Made by a program: the position numbers and the translations under genes | In this document: positions 63,068 through 64,000 of the stretch, piece after piece | How positions within the stretch are numbered: the first letter of the stretch is position 1 | Layout: each line of letters starts with the position of its first letter | The notes under the pieces: model-generated | What the model saw: the letters and a program-made list of their open reading frames with translations, nothing else | The model's database searches: none | What the model was told of the DNA's origin: nothing | NCBI GenBank assembly: GCA_028534125.1 | Contig: CM052851.1 | Location: 2,790,001 to 2,854,000 of the forward strand | Reading direction: 5' to 3' | DNA: 64,000 nucleotides | Source: Lama glama | Lineage: Eukaryota

Positions 63068-63178
63068 CTTTCTGGGACTCGTGCTTCTCCGTTTTGCCTT
63101 GGTACTCGAAGCCGACAGCGCTTTTATCCACCTTGTCCTTGTCGATACCATACTTGCCCCCGAAACCTTTGGAGTAAT
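63068..63178 (-). CDS. CTTN: Cortactin repeat-4 exon ([37 protein letters not shown]); the gene continues beyond the window
   Basis: TTTCAG acceptor, GTGTCT donor; 111 nt, phase 1-1. Confidence 0.97.
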
Positions 63179-63502
63179 CTGAAATGAGAGAAGTACTGGT
63201 CGTACGCCAGCAGCAAGACCAGCGAGCAGGCTGCGGATTTCGGCAGTCTTTAAGGAAGCACTCTTACCACTCAACTTAAAAAAAAAAATGTTTGCAGCTC
63301 ACTATAAGATCACTAATGTGGAAAACACTTAAAAGTATTATTTATGTATAATAATAGAATCACAAAGAACAGTAAATATAGTGGATTAATAATTGTAGCA
63401 TCTTTCCTTCATTCCAAATGACAGCATGGAACCATAATTCACATAAAGTTTCTGAGATCAGGATGAGCCCCAGGAGCAAGCTTTTAAAAGGACACTTGTG
63501 GT

Positions 63503-63620
63503 GGGTGGGAGGGTATAGCTCAGGGGTAGAGGGCGTGCTCAGCACGTGGGAGGTCCTTGGTCCAATACCCAGCACCTCCACTAAAAAAGAAAAAAAGAAT
63601 TTTTTTAATATTAAAAAAAA
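63503..63620 (+). mobile_element. tRNA-derived SINE (Vic-1-like)
   Basis: GGGAGGGTATAGCTCAGGGGTAGAG...GGTCCAATACCCAGCACCTCCA followed by an A-rich tail. Confidence 0.88.
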
Positions 63621-64000
63621 TAGTCACTTCCTTCACAAACTCAAGCAGCAGAGTGCATCAGGGACTGCCCCAAGGAGACAGGACCATCACCAAGCACCTT
63701 CCATAAACGTTGAGTTCTCCTGAAACCTGAGTCACTGTTACACTGAACAGTCACCTTCTCAGTGGCCTCCAGTTTGGGCAAAGACTGAATCCCGCCCCAG
63801 AGGGCCTGGGCTGCCCAGGAACCTGAGGCCACACCAGGAACTTTGGCCTCTTCTCCCAGATTCCCAGAGGCGTCTGAATTCCTCCTCAGGGGCATCGCAG
63901 GGAGAAAAATCTGGCAAAAATGAACAGGATCCAACAGCAGGTCCTGATTAGCAGAAGGCACACTGGGCAAAGGAGCACAGGTTTGTCCCCAGTAGGGAGA

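Overview
Mammalian genomic DNA, GC-rich; the tRNA-derived SINEs look like the camelid Vic-1 type, so it is probably a camelid. Two genes converge tail-to-tail. On the + strand is the 3' part of SHANK2 (ProSAP1/CortBP1): 8 coding exons from just after the PDZ domain to the SAM domain, including three microexons of 9, 21 and 21 nt, plus a ~4.5 kb 3'UTR containing a 203-N gap. On the - strand is the 3' part of CTTN (cortactin): 10 coding exons from actin-binding repeat 4 to the SH3 domain, including the repeat-6 exon with a GC donor. The ~17 kb between them is rich in repeats (L1, LTR/MaLR, Tigger, SINE, MIR) and also holds an orphan CpG island built around a threefold E-box/11 bp/CCAAT module with a one-sided cluster of splice donors. 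Best leads: this orphan promoter; two candidate stop-containing cassette exons in SHANK2 (one NMD-type, one removing the SAM domain); a candidate 27-nt in-frame CTTN microexon; and a SINE-L1 chimera inside one target-site duplication. Almost all other ORFs in the track are spurious. Protein and repeat-family identities are recognised from memory; no searches were run.
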